Assembly: GCA_963678885.2 (NCBI GenBank)
Contig: CAXXFG010000006.1
Location: 539,675-563,674 of the forward strand
Origin: Desulfobacterales bacterium
GTDB taxonomy: Bacteria > Desulfobacterota > Desulfobacteria > Desulfobacterales > JAFDDL01
Direction: 5' to 3'
Length of the DNA: 24,000 nt
The translations under genes were made by a program, and so were the position numbers. This document shows, in pieces, positions 8,682-16,519 of this stretch. The notes under the pieces are model-generated. The model searched no databases and was not told where the DNA came from. It worked only from the letters and a program-made list of their open reading frames with translations. Each line of letters starts with the position of its first letter. Positions within the stretch are counted from its first letter, which is position 1.

Positions 8682-9653
8682 TTATGCCGTCTCTCGACCG
8701 CTGGATCCTAAATACTGAGAGGTCGTGCTGTTGCGATAAGGGCCATGCCCCATGAGACTTGACAGCAGCGTCCTCGCAGCCCTGTCTCTCTCCTTCCATT
8801 CATCTCCGGCAACTTCTCTGGCGGTTTGTAAAAATTCATCTACACTCGGGAATTTACACGGTGGAGGGAACATGGTTTCTTGCTGGTAGCGGGCTTGCGC
8901 GTAGGCATGCCTGTTACCGTGTCCACCGGCGCCGGCATCTTTTCGTGTTAAACCGATTTCTCCCATACGTTTAAAGTAAATGTTCAACCACTTGTATTCA
9001 GTCATCCCCTCCGTTTTGGGGATCAGATTACGATTGCTCCCGATGACTCTTTTGACAAAATCGATCGCGAGTTGACCCTCCGATGTGATCTGATCAAGAA
9101 TCCGTTCGCGCCCCCCTTTGGTGCCGCAGCAGATCAATACCCGACCATCCGGTCTCAATGACTGCCTTGGGTCGAACTTGGCTGACTCTTCCAGACGCAA
9201 TCCTAATCCGCGTTGCAGTAGCAGCATTCCTTTAAAGCGAAGATCATATTCTTTTTGACCGTAACCAAGCGTTTTGACAGCCTGGTCGAAAGAGGATTTC
9301 GGCAATGATTTGTCTTCGTTCGTGACGCTTTTCATGCGCTCTATTCCAAAATCGCCGTTCTGCACGCGAATGCGGTCGTTACCGTAATACCTGGTAATCC
9401 GACGGATCGTCGACAGGTAATTCTTGATGGTTTTTACGGACAATCCCTTACGTTCCCAGTATCTTACCAAGGCTGCAACGTGCTTATTCGTAAGGTTTTT
9501 CCACTGCCTTACCTTGAAGTCCAACTCCCTGAGTATATGGACAATATACTCAGCTTTCTTGAGATGACGGTAACGGGTGGTCTGGCTCGATCTTCTCTTC
9601 GCCTCCCTGACGTGCATCCTTTTTGCTCCTTCAATCAATGGATCGGTCCTCAT
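8682..9653 (-). CDS. Tyrosine recombinase (small integrase-family protein)
   Basis: The track ORF is 8682-9770. I place the start at ATG 9653 (MRTDPLIEGAKRMH...) because AAAGGAGGAAAAAGCG lies directly upstream. Catalytic signature: LGLRLEES (Arg), GTKGGRER (Lys), GGHGNRHAYAQ (H-x-x-R-H), LMGHGPYRNSTTSQYLG (His...Tyr). Confidence 0.8.
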   Translation of the reverse strand: MRTDPLIEGAKRMHVREAKRRSSQTTRYRHLKKAEYIVHILRELDFKVRQWKNLTNKHVAALVRYWERKGLSVKTIKNYLSTIRRITRYYGNDRIRVQNGDFGIERMKSVTNEDKSLPKSSFDQAVKTLGYGQKEYDLRFKGMLLLQRGLGLRLEESAKFDPRQSLRPDGRVLICCGTKGGRERILDQITSEGQLAIDFVKRVIGSNRNLIPKTEGMTEYKWLNIYFKRMGEIGLTRKDAGAGGHGNRHAYAQARYQQETMFPPPCKFPSVDEFLQTAREVAGDEWKERDRAARTLLSSLMGHGPYRNSTTSQYLGSSGRETA

Positions 9654-9779
9654 CGCTTTTTCCTCCTTTCGATAAAAGTTTCCGGCATTAATTGGTTCTT
9701 CACCATTTTGTAGTCCTCCCTTCAGGTAGAGTTTGAACGCTGGGTGCCGCGGATCGGAATATACAAGCACCCCCCTTGA

Positions 9780-9818
9780 ACCACCAAAATTACTGAAAAA
9801 TTCAGTCGTTTTGGTGGT
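9780..9818. promoter_or_regulatory. 39-bp near-perfect nested inverted repeat upstream of the small recombinase gene
   Basis: ACCACCAAAA-TT-ACTGAA-AAA-TTCAGT-CG-TTTTGGTGGT. The outer arms are 10 bp and the inner arms 6 bp. It lies about 125 bp upstream of the ATG at 9653 on the opposite side, so it could be an operator, a terminator or a recombinase site. Confidence 0.4.
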
Positions 9819-10211
9819 CCAAGGAGAGTACGAACATTCCAGACATGTAGTTAAATGCGTTGCTTACCTCTCACTACTCAGTAGAGACCGGCGTTGCTTA
9901 AGAACAACACCATTGGTACGAGGCAACATAATCCGCATTGGTGTCAAACAGACAGCTCGGACTGCCTTTTTCTACTTCCGGGTTAATGGTTTTTGCCGGT
10001 AAACTTCTTTTCTGCCAGCGGCGATCTGAAACTGTTTTAGATCCGGCGGGTTGAAATAGTCTTCTTCCGGCAGGTATTTTCTTCGTTGTCTTCTTCTCAA
10101 AATTCATCTTTAAAAAAATTCTTCCCGTATTCTTCATTTTCTTGGAAATGCAAGACATTTTCATTTGCGACCCTGATTCGGTTACCATTGGCCCAGGGAG
10201 GGACCTGGCCA

Positions 10212-10787
10212 ATGAGCGGCATCAAAAGGAAAAAGTGCAAGAATTGTCGTGAGTTGTTTGCACCGGACTATCGAAACAGGGATCGCCAGCGGTATTGTTC
10301 GAAGCCCGCCTGCCAAAAGGCGAGCAAGGCCGCGAGTCACGCAAAGTGGCGTCAAAAACCAGAGAACCGGGATCACTTCCGCGGACCTGTTCATGTCCAG
10401 CGGGTCCAGCAGTGGCGGAAGGCTCACCCGGGCTACTGGCGTCGGCGGGTAAAGACCGGAACCGATGCGTTACAAGATGCCTGTATCGCCGAACCACCTG
10501 AAAACAATGAAAATAACACCGATTTCGCATTCGGTGCGTTACAAGATTCCTTCATTACGCAACCGGCTGTTTTGGTTGGGTTAATTGCACAATTTACCGG
10601 ATGTGCGTTACAAGATGACATCGCCATGGCGGCCCGACGTATGCAACGATTGGGCAGCGACATTCTAAACCCCTTTCAGAAAGGAGGCCGTCATGGAAAA
10701 ACACCCCATATACTCGGAGCGGGTACGACAAATCCCCAAGCAGTTCAGCTGGATCGATCATCGCCTGGTGCAGCACCGGCATATTGA
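10212..10787 (+). CDS. Hypothetical CxxC...C zinc-ribbon-like basic protein; C-terminal half may be a read-through artefact
   Basis: The track ORF is 10086-10787. The ATG at 10212 (MSGIKRKKCKNCRELFAPDYRNRDRQRYCSKPACQKASK...) is preceded by GGGAGGG. The last 95 nt overlap the next, well-initiated ORF. The region 10466-10616 holds three identical 13-mers that look like DNA-level sites. Confidence 0.45.
   Translation: MSGIKRKKCKNCRELFAPDYRNRDRQRYCSKPACQKASKAASHAKWRQKPENRDHFRGPVHVQRVQQWRKAHPGYWRRRVKTGTDALQDACIAEPPENNENNTDFAFGALQDSFITQPAVLVGLIAQFTGCALQDDIAMAARRMQRLGSDILNPFQKGGRHGKTPHILGAGTTNPQAVQLDRSSPGAAPAY
10466..10616 (+). repeat. Three identical 13-mers TGCGTTACAAGAT at exact 69-bp spacing
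   Basis: Copies lie at 10466-10478, 10535-10547 and 10604-10616. The surrounding sequence is not repeated; in the ORF translation only ALQD recurs. Degenerate inverted versions occur after istB: CATCTTCACGC (13387-13397) and CACCTTGTCA (13413-13422). Confidence 0.8.
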
Positions 10788-11076
10788 CCGGTTGAGTCAT
10801 CAGGCGTCGGCGCTCTACCTTTTTCTGGTCACGGTGGCCGATGCCAGGGGGCTGAGTTATTGGTCGGATAAAAGTTTGATCGAGCGGCTCGGCATGGATG
10901 ATGCTCAGTTCAGATCCGCCCGGAAGCAACTTGTGGAGAGCGGACTGGTTGCCTACAAGCAGCCCCTGTATCAGGTGATGCCGCTGGATGCCCGGCGGCA
11001 GCCGGTTTTGGCCGTTCCCGGAGAGCTCCAATCCATCGGCAGGATCCTCAGAAGGATCGGAGAGGGGGCGCCGTGA
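10693..11076 (+). CDS. Hypothetical winged-helix/HTH-like protein translationally coupled to istA
   Basis: 127-aa ORF with a strong RBS (AAAGGAGG, 10678-10685). Its stop TGA (11074-11076) overlaps the GTG start of istA (11073). The central LYLFLVTVADARGLSYWSDKSLIERLGMDDAQFRSARKQLVESGLV resembles replication-organiser/DnaD-like wHTH modules. That assignment is weak and rests on recollection. Confidence 0.6.
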   Translation: MEKHPIYSERVRQIPKQFSWIDHRLVQHRHIDRLSHQASALYLFLVTVADARGLSYWSDKSLIERLGMDDAQFRSARKQLVESGLVAYKQPLYQVMPLDARRQPVLAVPGELQSIGRILRRIGEGAP

Positions 11077-12545
11077 TCGATTATGAGTTTTTTCAAAAGG
11101 CGAAACATCTCAAAGAGCAGGAGGGCCTGACGCCGCCCCAGATCGCGGATGCGCTCTGTCTTGACGTGCGCACGATCCGAAAGTGGCTGGGCAAGAATCG
11201 GTATACGGCCAGAAAAGCCACATTGCGCGCAAGCAAGCTTGATCCGTTCAAACGCGACATCGGACGCATGCTCGATGCCCATCCCTACACGGCCTCCCAG
11301 ATCTATCAGAGAATCCGTGAGCAGGGATTTGACGGCGGCTACACCATCGTCAAGGAGTATGTTCGCAAGGTCCGTCCGCCCAGATCCAGGGCGTTTTTGA
11401 CGCTCTCCTTTGCGCCGGGCGAGTGCGCCCAGGTCGACTGGGGCTCCTATGGCTCCGTTTGTGTCGGTGAGACCCGGCGCAGGCTCAGCTTCTTTGTCAT
11501 GGTGCTTTGTTACAGCCGCATGATGTATGTGGAGTTTACCGTCTCCCAGACCATGGAGCATTTTTTGGCCTGCCACCAGAACGCCTTCGAGTTCTTCGGT
11601 TCGGCGCCCGGCAGAATCATGGTGGACAATCTCAAGAGCGCGGTTTTAAGCCGCATCATAGGAAGGGCGCCGGTGTTCAATCCCAAGTATCTGACCTTTG
11701 CCGATCACTATGGTTTTTCCATCAGCGCCTGCAACGTCGGCGCCGGCAACGAGAAGGGACGCGTGGAAAACGCTGTGGGATATGTGAAGAAAAACTTCCT
11801 TGCCGGACTGGATATCCCGGACTTTGCGGCTGTTCATCCAGCGGCTCGTCATTGGCTCGACACCGTGGCCAATGTGCGCATCCACGGGCAAACCCGTAAG
11901 AAACCCGTGGAGCTCTTCAGTGAAGAGAAAGCCTGTCTATCTGCTTTGCCGGCCCATCCCTATGATGTCGCCGCCGTCTCGCCGGTAAGGGCATCTCCCC
12001 AGTTCCGCGTCACGGTCGATACCAACCGGTATTCGGTGCCGGCCGAATACGCCGGGACCGCTCTTACGCTCAAAAGTTATCCGGACAGGCTTTGCATATA
12101 CCATGAGGAAAAGCTTGTGGCCCGTCACGTGCGAAGCTATGACCGGTATCAGGATGTTGAGGATCCCGATCATCCGAGGCAGCTTCTGGCCCAGCGTAAA
12201 AAGGCGGGGGAGCAGAAAATATTCATGCGGTTTCTTTCGCTTTCTTCGAAGGCGGATTTGTACTACCAAAAGCTTGAACAGCGGCGCATGAACCCGCGGC
12301 ATCACGTTCGAAAAATCGTCGCCTTAAGCGAAATATACGGCCAGGAGGCCGTATCCCGGGCCATGGAGGATGCCTTCGCCTTCGAGGCATTCTCCTGCGA
12401 GTATATCGCAAACCTTTTGGAGCAGCGCACCCGACAGCTTCCGGAACCCGGCGCACTTCACCTTACCCGGCGCGAGGACCTTCTGGATATAAAAATCCAG
12501 CAGCCGGACCTGAGCATCTATCAGGGAGGCGGCCATGATGAATAA
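11073..12545 (+). CDS. istA: IS21-family transposase IstA
   Basis: 490-aa ORF. N-terminal HTH (LTPPQIADALCLDVRTIRKWL). DDE core with QVDWGSYG, MVDNLKSAV and AGNEKGRVENAVGYVKKNF. It overlaps istB by 11 nt, as is typical. Confidence 0.9.
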   Translation: MIDYEFFQKAKHLKEQEGLTPPQIADALCLDVRTIRKWLGKNRYTARKATLRASKLDPFKRDIGRMLDAHPYTASQIYQRIREQGFDGGYTIVKEYVRKVRPPRSRAFLTLSFAPGECAQVDWGSYGSVCVGETRRRLSFFVMVLCYSRMMYVEFTVSQTMEHFLACHQNAFEFFGSAPGRIMVDNLKSAVLSRIIGRAPVFNPKYLTFADHYGFSISACNVGAGNEKGRVENAVGYVKKNFLAGLDIPDFAAVHPAARHWLDTVANVRIHGQTRKKPVELFSEEKACLSALPAHPYDVAAVSPVRASPQFRVTVDTNRYSVPAEYAGTALTLKSYPDRLCIYHEEKLVARHVRSYDRYQDVEDPDHPRQLLAQRKKAGEQKIFMRFLSLSSKADLYYQKLEQRRMNPRHHVRKIVALSEIYGQEAVSRAMEDAFAFEAFSCEYIANLLEQRTRQLPEPGALHLTRREDLLDIKIQQPDLSIYQGGGHDE

Positions 12546-13287
12546 GGGCATTATCCCGCTTCTTGAGGAAAATCTGAGATATCTGAAGCTTGGGTTCATG
12601 CTCGAACAGCATCAGGAACTATCCAGGCAAGCCTCCAAAAAGCAATGGTCCCATCTGGATTATCTTGAAAAGCTTGCCGACGGAGAGACCGCGCTTCGAA
12701 AGGACCGCGCCACCCAAAGGCGCATCCAGATGTCTCGCTTCCCGGTCATCAAGACCCTGGACCAGTTCAGCTGGAGCTGGCCCACCCACCTGAATCGGCT
12801 CCAGGTTCAGAACCTCTTCCGGCTTCAGTTTATAAAAGACAAATCCAATATTATTTTCCTCGGCGGTGTGGGGCTCGGAAAGACCCATCTTGCCACGGCT
12901 CTCGGCTACAGCGCCTGTTTGAAAGGCCACAGGGTCTTGTTCGCAACGGCCGTTGACATCATCAACACCCTGGCCGCAGCCCGAAAAGCCGGGGTCATGA
13001 AACAGGAGCTGAAAAAATACACCCGACCGGCGCTTCTGGTTATCGACGAACTTGGCTTTTTGCCCATCGACAAGACCGGCGCCGATCTTTTGTTCCAAGT
13101 GATCAGCCTACGCTATGAGCAGGGCGCCGTAATTATTACATCCAATCGCGCCTTCAAGGATTGGCCTGAGATCTTCAACAACGACAGTACACTGACGTCC
13201 GCGATCCTGGACAGGCTCCTGCATCATGCCGAGACCGTACTGGTCGAAGGAAAAAGCTATCGTATGAAGGATAAAATAGAGAAATGA
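12535..13287 (+). CDS. istB: IS21-family helper ATPase IstB
   Basis: 250-aa ORF. Walker A is FLGGVGLGKTHLATALG and Walker B is LLVIDELGFLP. The IstB C-terminus reads IITSNRAFKDW...ILDRLLHHAE. Confidence 0.9.
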   Translation: MMNKGIIPLLEENLRYLKLGFMLEQHQELSRQASKKQWSHLDYLEKLADGETALRKDRATQRRIQMSRFPVIKTLDQFSWSWPTHLNRLQVQNLFRLQFIKDKSNIIFLGGVGLGKTHLATALGYSACLKGHRVLFATAVDIINTLAAARKAGVMKQELKKYTRPALLVIDELGFLPIDKTGADLLFQVISLRYEQGAVIITSNRAFKDWPEIFNNDSTLTSAILDRLLHHAETVLVEGKSYRMKDKIEK

Positions 13288-13631
13288 AAAAGGATTTATA
13301 GACATACCCCGGGATCGAACCGTCGGTTCCGGGGGGCGCTTTATGCCTCAAGCGGTGGATGCATTTTTAAACCGCCATTTATAGGACATCTTCACGCCGC
13401 CGCTAACATTTTCACCTTGTCAATGTTTTTTCATGTTCTACCTCCCTGGTTATGGGGTTTTCATTTCATTTTTTGGGTATCCTCCCGGAAAAATACTTTC
13501 CATGTCGATAGCGAAAGACACCTCCTTTTTTGTTTTTTTGATTTTTTACGTGCAGTTAGAGATTTTTTCCTAACTTCTTTGATTTGTTTCTGTGCAAAAA
13601 ATGGGGGACGGATTTTTTTGCAAGCTTTTTA

Positions 13632-13639
13632 GATATTTA
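13632..13639. repeat. Target-site duplication GATATTTA (left copy) of the ISL3 element
   Basis: It is identical to 15105-15112 and directly abuts the IS terminal inverted repeat. Confidence 0.85.
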
Positions 13640-15104
13640 GCCGCTTCAGACATTTTAATGGGTACCCCCAACATATTGTGGTTACCCTTTGAAAGCTAAA
13701 GCCGGTTGAACCGGCGGTTTTGGAAAAAGGTCAAGACCGCCACAGTGGAACATGATGGCGACTCTATAATGTGCACGATTTCGAAAGCCGCATGCCATGC
13801 GTTTAACTTTTTCTATCTTGGCGTTGATCCCTTCTGCCAAGGCATTTGTGATGCGATGCTGTGCATACGTGACGATATTGTCGATATGAACCTTAACCGT
13901 CTTGGCCGCTTCTTTAATCGGTTCAAGTCGGCTGTGGGTTGCCCAGAAATACCAACGTTTAAAATACTGTCGCATTTCATCTTCACTGACTTTCGACCAC
14001 ATATGCCGAAGATTCTCCTTTATGCTCCAGGCGCGACCTGTTCTCAGATTCTTTTTTCGAAGCGATTCGAATTCTTCTTTACGCCAGTCGGGAATATTTT
14101 CTTTGCTCCACAACCACAGATACCTGGTCCCTTTAAGCGTTTCCTGGCCGGACTCCTTGAGTTGTCGGTGTTCGCCCTTTCTTACGCTGTCAACAGCATC
14201 CAAAACCTTTTTCATCACGTGAAAACGATCAAAAACTATCTTTTTCTCAGCATCGGGGACATGTGCCTTTGTCGCGGCTATAAACGGACTCCACATATCC
14301 ATTGCCACGGCTTTTACCCCTTGGAGTTCGTCTTTGGTAAACTGTCGGTAATATTTCTCAAGGCTTTCCTGTCGGCGTTTATCCTCAACAAACTCAACCG
14401 TTCCGGCATCAATGTCATAGACAATCGTTTCATATTTATGGCCCCGGGCGTAAGATTTCTCATCAACGCCGATTCTTTCGGGCACCCGGTGCGGTTTCCT
14501 TTTGAGGCCTCTATCAACAGCGCGGGTCAGCGCGTTCCAACTCTGGTCCCAGCTGATTCCGCAGAGCCGGGCGGTGGCGTCCATACTACACTCCAGCGCC
14601 ACCTTGATCACCTGGCTTTCAAATGCAAAGGTCATTTGCGAACCGTTTTCGCCAAACTGTGGGTCTATATGCATAACCCCATGCTTCGGGCAGTTCACAC
14701 GCGGCGGTCTTACATGGATATACGTCTGCATCTGGCAGGTGTCCAAATGGCGGTACACTCTTTCCGGCGCATGATCGTACATGCCGTAAAACTTTTCGCA
14801 CTCCGGGCATCTGACGCGAATGCCCGGTTCATGGTCCACAAAAATGTCAATCCGTTCCCGGTTTTCATCAACCTTAACCTCTTTTATGAACCAGGGGGGA
14901 GTGATGCCTAATATCTTGGTAAAAAGCGCTTTTTCATCCATAAAAATATCCCGTGGGTCCAATTTTGATACAATATTCCGGAGAGTCAGCTCCGGGGGTT
15001 CCATAAAAAATCCCACGCAACTGACTCTCAGGGTGAATTGCCACGGATTTGATATAGTTCAACCACAACATGTTGTATAGACCCACTTGAAAGCCGGAAG
15101 CGCC
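13640..15104 (-). mobile_element. ISL3-family insertion sequence, complete, with 8-bp target duplication
   Basis: Terminal inverted repeats: GCCGCTTCAGACATTTTAATGGGTACCCCCAACATATTGTGGTTA (13640 inward) against the reverse complement of the right end, GGCGCTTCCGGCTTTCAAGTGGGTCTATACAACATGTTGTGGTTG (15104 inward). It is flanked by a perfect GATATTTA/GATATTTA duplication, and 8 bp is the usual ISL3 duplication length. It holds a single transposase ORF. Confidence 0.9.
13682..15016 (-). CDS. ISL3-family transposase
   Basis: 444-aa ORF. N-terminal zinc finger (RVRCPECEKFYGMYDH...VNCPKHG). DDE_Tnp_ISL3-type core (IGVDEKSYARGHKYETIVYDI..., AVAMDMWSPF, ALAEGINAKIEKVKRMACGFRN). The true start may be the internal ATG at 14941 (MDEKALFTKILGI...). 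The 401-aa plus-strand ORF at 13706-14911 is an antisense shadow. Confidence 0.9.
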   Translation of the reverse strand: MGFFMEPPELTLRNIVSKLDPRDIFMDEKALFTKILGITPPWFIKEVKVDENRERIDIFVDHEPGIRVRCPECEKFYGMYDHAPERVYRHLDTCQMQTYIHVRPPRVNCPKHGVMHIDPQFGENGSQMTFAFESQVIKVALECSMDATARLCGISWDQSWNALTRAVDRGLKRKPHRVPERIGVDEKSYARGHKYETIVYDIDAGTVEFVEDKRRQESLEKYYRQFTKDELQGVKAVAMDMWSPFIAATKAHVPDAEKKIVFDRFHVMKKVLDAVDSVRKGEHRQLKESGQETLKGTRYLWLWSKENIPDWRKEEFESLRKKNLRTGRAWSIKENLRHMWSKVSEDEMRQYFKRWYFWATHSRLEPIKEAAKTVKVHIDNIVTYAQHRITNALAEGINAKIEKVKRMACGFRNRAHYRVAIMFHCGGLDLFPKPPVQPALAFKG

Positions 15105-15112
15105 GATATTTA
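15105..15112. repeat. Target-site duplication GATATTTA (right copy) of the ISL3 element
   Basis: Identical to 13632-13639. Confidence 0.85.
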
Positions 15113-15289
15113 TTTACCTGGGAGATAATTTATTTGCTTTTTTCGGCTAAATCGTCTGTCCGTGGAAGGACGCAAACAAAAAAAAGGCCGCCTATGTCTA
15201 TGGGCAGCATTTGAAGTGTGTTATCCTGTGGGAAAGAGGGTTTTCCAAAACACTTATTTTGACAAAAGTGTTAAGGGCAAAAACTCTGT

Positions 15290-15650
15290 TCTTACTTCCC
15301 TCCATCCCGAATCGCGTCCGGCTCAGCCAAATTGGCTAGGGGTACCATGCTTCGCGATTACTACAGGGCGCACGTATTCAGTATTGATCTATCGACCTGG
15401 TACAACATCCTCCCGCGCAGATACCACTCTGCTGTATATTAGCGGTCCGAGCAGTCCTGATCAGGGACTGGTCGGAATAAGGATACAGTACCGCTTGTGG
15501 GCTTGAGGACAAGACCCGGGTAGTGGTCCCCATTGAATTGTCCTGCGGGTCCGGTTCGAACCGGACGGAATCACAACCGCTGAGATTGTGACCAAAAAAA
15601 TCAATTTGTCTGATTAGACAAGCCTGTTATCTCGATGGCCGAAATCAATA
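15290..15650. other. ORF-poor, hairpin-dense segment (candidate structured RNA or cluster of protein-binding palindromes); function unknown
   Basis: Serial pairings seen by eye:
- AATCGCG (15300-15306) with CGCGATT (15343-15349), enclosing AGCC-AAATT-GGCT;
- an extended hairpin GGTCCGAGCAGTCC-TGATCAG-GGACTGGTCGG (15434-15465);
- GGGCTTG (15489-15495) with CAAG(A)CCC (15500-15507);
- a perfect 18-bp palindrome GTCCGGTTCGAACCGGAC (15539-15556);
- TCACAA-9 nt-TTGTGA (15561-15581);
- TTGTCT-GATT-AGACAA (15596-15611);
- TCTCGAT-13 nt-ATCGAGA (15620-15646).
The only long ORF here (15162-15506, plus strand) translates to low-plausibility sequence. Confidence 0.35.
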
Positions 15651-15904
15651 TCGAGAGAAGAGGCTTGGCTATCAGCATAATATTGTCTCTAATGTATCCT
15701 CATTGGGCTGTCAAAACGGAAATTGTTCAAAAAAGCCGTTTTTTCCATTTTTCGAACAATTTTCGTCCGTGGCATCAATAACAGTATGATTTTATATAGA
15801 AAAAAAATTCCGATTTTTTTTGCATTTTTTTCTTGACGGCTGTTACAGCCTTGGCGAAGCTGTTGTATGGTCTGTTGGGAGGATGATGTGAAAATGATAT
15901 GAAA

Positions 15905-16519
15905 TTAGATAGATATGTTATTCTTTTTTAGCCAGTTGTATAAGTTCGGCAGAGTTGTTAGATATTTTTTAGCAATGTATGTTTTGGTTGATCCGTTTTT
16001 TAGGAGAGCTTCTATTTCTTCTCGATACTGATCAAGTTTTGATTTCCCCGGGCCTTTGGGCCGGCCAAGAACAACACCGGCCGCTTTCCGAGCCTTCAAT
16101 GCTTCCGTAGTACGTTTGCTTATCAGGTCGCGCTCGATTTCCGCAGCTATAGAAAAAGCCATGGCCATGACCTTGGATTGAATTGAACCGTTTAATTCCC
16201 AGCCGCCTTTAACTGCATATATGTAAATACCTTTATCCTTGGCAATGGAAAGCATCTCCATAATCTCAAGCATCGATCTGCCAAGCCTGGACAATTCCGG
16301 AACTATAATGCGGTCTCCATCGGTTAAGGTATCTATGACCTTTTTTATCTTCCTTTCTTTCCAGCTTTTTGTCCCGCTGACCCTTTCTTCAACCCACTCG
16401 ACTTTGCCAAAATCTTTATCGTTTGCCAACGTAAGGATTTCCATTTTATTTTTTTCCAGATCCTGTTCTGCAGTAGAGACCCTGAGATAACCGACTGTTT
16501 TTTGTTTTTTCACCGGCAT
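15905..16519 (-). CDS. Small serine recombinase (resolvase/invertase family)
   Basis: 204-aa ORF. N-terminal catalytic motif VGYLRVSTAEQDLEKN (Ser nucleophile). DRIIVPELSRLGRS and a conserved E-helix region. C-terminal HTH_7-like TKTYIAKKYLTTLPNLYNWLKK. Confidence 0.9.
   Translation of the reverse strand: MPVKKQKTVGYLRVSTAEQDLEKNKMEILTLANDKDFGKVEWVEERVSGTKSWKERKIKKVIDTLTDGDRIIVPELSRLGRSMLEIMEMLSIAKDKGIYIYAVKGGWELNGSIQSKVMAMAFSIAAEIERDLISKRTTEALKARKAAGVVLGRPKGPGKSKLDQYREEIEALLKNGSTKTYIAKKYLTTLPNLYNWLKKNNISI

Larger units (their letters stand above)
10466..13422 (+). mobile_element. IS21-family insertion sequence (ends tentative)
   Basis: The core is istA/istB. The left boundary is proposed at the first TGCGTTACAAGAT (it begins with TG). 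The right boundary is proposed at ...CACCTTGTCA (it ends with CA). This fits the IS21-family habit of TG...CA termini with multiple terminal repeats. I found no target duplication. An alternative left end near 10147 (TGCAAGACATTTTCA) would also bring the 10212 ORF inside the element. Confidence 0.55.

Noticed and set aside
9898-10212. 104-aa minus-strand ORF upstream of the zinc-ribbon ORF
   Set aside because: It is Lys/Arg/Ser-rich and low in complexity, with no RBS and no recognisable motif. Its start codon overlaps the plus-strand ATG at 10212. It is probably spurious.
13423-13639. Minus-strand mini-ORFs with strong Shine-Dalgarno sequences (AGGGAGGTAGAAC-ATGAAAAAACATTGA; GGAGGTG...ATGGAAAGT..., 17 codons) and a 71-aa plus-strand ORF
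   Set aside because: The reading frames end after 4 and 17 codons. One runs straight into the proposed IS21 end, but no continuation or target duplication is found on the other side of the IS. I cannot support an interrupted gene, and the 71-aa ORF is Phe/Leu-rich AT-driven noise.
15356-15363. GTGCGCCC on the minus strand, resembling the 5' end of a group II intron
   Set aside because: No reverse-transcriptase ORF is present. I could not find a domain V-like 34-nt hairpin with the AGC triad on either strand, and downstream sequence does not fit domain I features I can recall. An 8-mer match alone is not evidence.
15162-15506. 114-aa plus-strand ORF in the structured region
   Set aside because: It has no RBS and an implausible composition. 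It overlaps the stacked hairpins, so the region is more likely non-coding.
15539-15556. GTCCGGTTCGAACCGGAC, considered as a T-arm of a tRNA or tmRNA
   Set aside because: It is a perfect palindrome giving a 6-nt loop rather than the 7-nt T-loop. There is no adjoining acceptor stem or CCA, and no tag-peptide reading frame nearby.
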